Positions 62,606-64,000 of a stretch of 64,000 nucleotides of DNA are shown here, in pieces (position 1 is the first letter of the stretch; each line of letters opens with the position of its first letter). The DNA comes from Takakia lepidozioides. Taxonomy: Eukaryota; Plantae; Bryophyta. The notes beneath the pieces were generated by a model. The model worked only from the letters and a program-made list of their open reading frames with translations, did no database searches and was not told where the DNA came from. The stretch lies in NCBI GenBank assembly GCA_030704615.1, contig CM060732.1, positions 26,288,001-26,352,000 on the forward strand, written 5' to 3'. Made by a program: the position numbers and the translations under genes.

Positions 62606-64000
62606 TAGTCAAGAAATTCATGTCCTTTCGGGTATTTTGACCTCATACGACGGATTCTCCTTGCAACCCACCGAAGCGCTCTTTTCTCGTTGCGTGGTCC
62701 CCCTCTACAGTACATGAGGTCTCCCATATCCTTCAACAAGTTTACAGCGGTCACCGGATCCTTCGTTTTCCTTCATTATTGCTTCACCCATGCCTTGCGG
62801 ACATGCCAAAGGCAGAGGAAAATGAGTACTCCTTCAAAAACAATTCTGCACAACACACATGGTACACATTAGAGTCTTGGGATCGGACTGCAATGGTGGA
62901 CTGCCAGAGTGGACTGTAACAGCGACCTGTATCAGCGGGCAAAGCCACTGGACTCGCCCAGTGGACAGTACAATGCCATGACGTTGATGTGCTGGAATAA
63001 CCCCATTGGACTACCCAGTGGACTTCCCCATTGGACTTCCCCTAGCTAGGAGCGGACTGCCACAGCGGACTGCCGAGCGGACTTGCCAGGGACTACTGGG
63101 TGGACTTGGCAGCGGACGGCCGACCCCAGGGACTGCTGAGTGGACTTGGCAGCGGACTTGCCGGGGACTGCCAGCGGACTTGCCAGGGGACTGATGAGCG
63201 GACTTGACGGCGGACTACCAGTGGATTTGCCCAGCGAATTGCCATCGGGTTTCGCCACAGGAGTCTGCCAGTGGACTGTAGCAGTGGACCTCGACAATGG
63301 ACCGATGCTGTGGACCAACAGACTTACCGAATAGTGTTGATTTCTGCTTCAGCATCGTCCACAATGAAGGCATTGGGTCGCCAACTCGACAAATCTGCGA
63401 GGAGTGAATCGCGCAATGCTCTCATCCACGGAACCAGGTCTCTTGTCCGATTCCTCGCGGATAGGATATAGGCAACTGGTATACCGTTCAACCACTCGTC
63501 GAAGACCATCAACGTGTACAATGGGAACAGTTGGAATGCACAATGTAAGATGGTCAGAGCATGCAAATTTCGCTCAGTTCTGCACGAGAAGACTTCATAA
63601 GAGTGATGAGGTCTGCAACGGTTCACAATGGGTCTGCCCCTCGGTCTTCCGCAACGTACACATGAAAACATACTGAAAGGGTCAGCACACCAAATTTTAT
63701 GTGAATGTTGCATGGTACTATGCTATCATGCTCGTACAAGTCCATGGAATCGTTCGAATAGTACCTTGTCATGATTTGTCCCAAAGGTTGCATCATATGC
63801 AACGATATGGTCATGTCCTAGTTCCAGCATTCGTCGTTTCTGCCACGGAGTCTGTATGCCAATAGTGAATGTCAAATCTCCATCAAAATGCTCGAATGTT
63901 GGCGCTAATTTCTCCTCTTGATAGAAAAAAACGGACGCAGGATTCTGGTTTCTCCACATGCGCACACTCTCTGCATCATCGGCGTGCTTTTTGAAGGTTT
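62606..64000 (-). mobile_element. MULE transposase, catalytic (DDE) part, runs off the window end; exons >64000-63765, about 63527-63327, 62845-62606
   Basis: FTIGIQTPWQ, YDATFGTN, LYTLMVFDEWLNGIPVAY, FIVDDAEAEINTIR, FLCLWHVRKAW, EFLD. Confidence 0.87.
62885..63316. repeat. Degenerate minisatellite (about 12-bp period, g(c/t)ggact core) in a MULE intron
   Basis: Many copies of gtggact/gcggact/ggggact separated by short GC-rich spacers. Confidence 0.8.

Overview
Eukaryotic nuclear DNA from a land plant, probably a bryophyte or other early-diverging lineage (inferred from intron-rich genes, a PLS-class PPR gene and RTE-type LINEs; the species cannot be determined). Host genes in order: 60S ribosomal protein L9 (+); an atypical two-transmembrane hybrid histidine kinase (+); BABAM1/MERIT40 (-, one GC-AG intron); a long Q-rich SEUSS-like co-regulator (+); a PLS-E PPR protein (-); the m6A writer MTA/METTL3 (-, with many indels and a nonsense codon); a small basic conserved protein (+); a cwf21/CWC21-domain splicing factor (+); and the 3' half of a UDP-arabinose 4-epimerase (-). 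Mobile DNA: a decayed L1-clade LINE (0.6-6.7 kb), a hAT MITE with an 8-bp TSD, a fold-back MITE, four intronic RTE-like LINE 3' fragments, and a TE nest at 55.7-64 kb. In that nest a MULE/SWIM transposase is split by a block holding a truncated CACTA element that carries eroded PPR fragments. The best novelty candidate is the histidine kinase. It has no recognisable sensor domain, a CxxC motif before the helix carrying the His, a non-canonical H-box (HNIRVP), a receiver resembling type-C response regulators (LMDKEMP), and a dense ABRE/G-box cluster upstream. All gene models were spliced by eye; no database searches were run.
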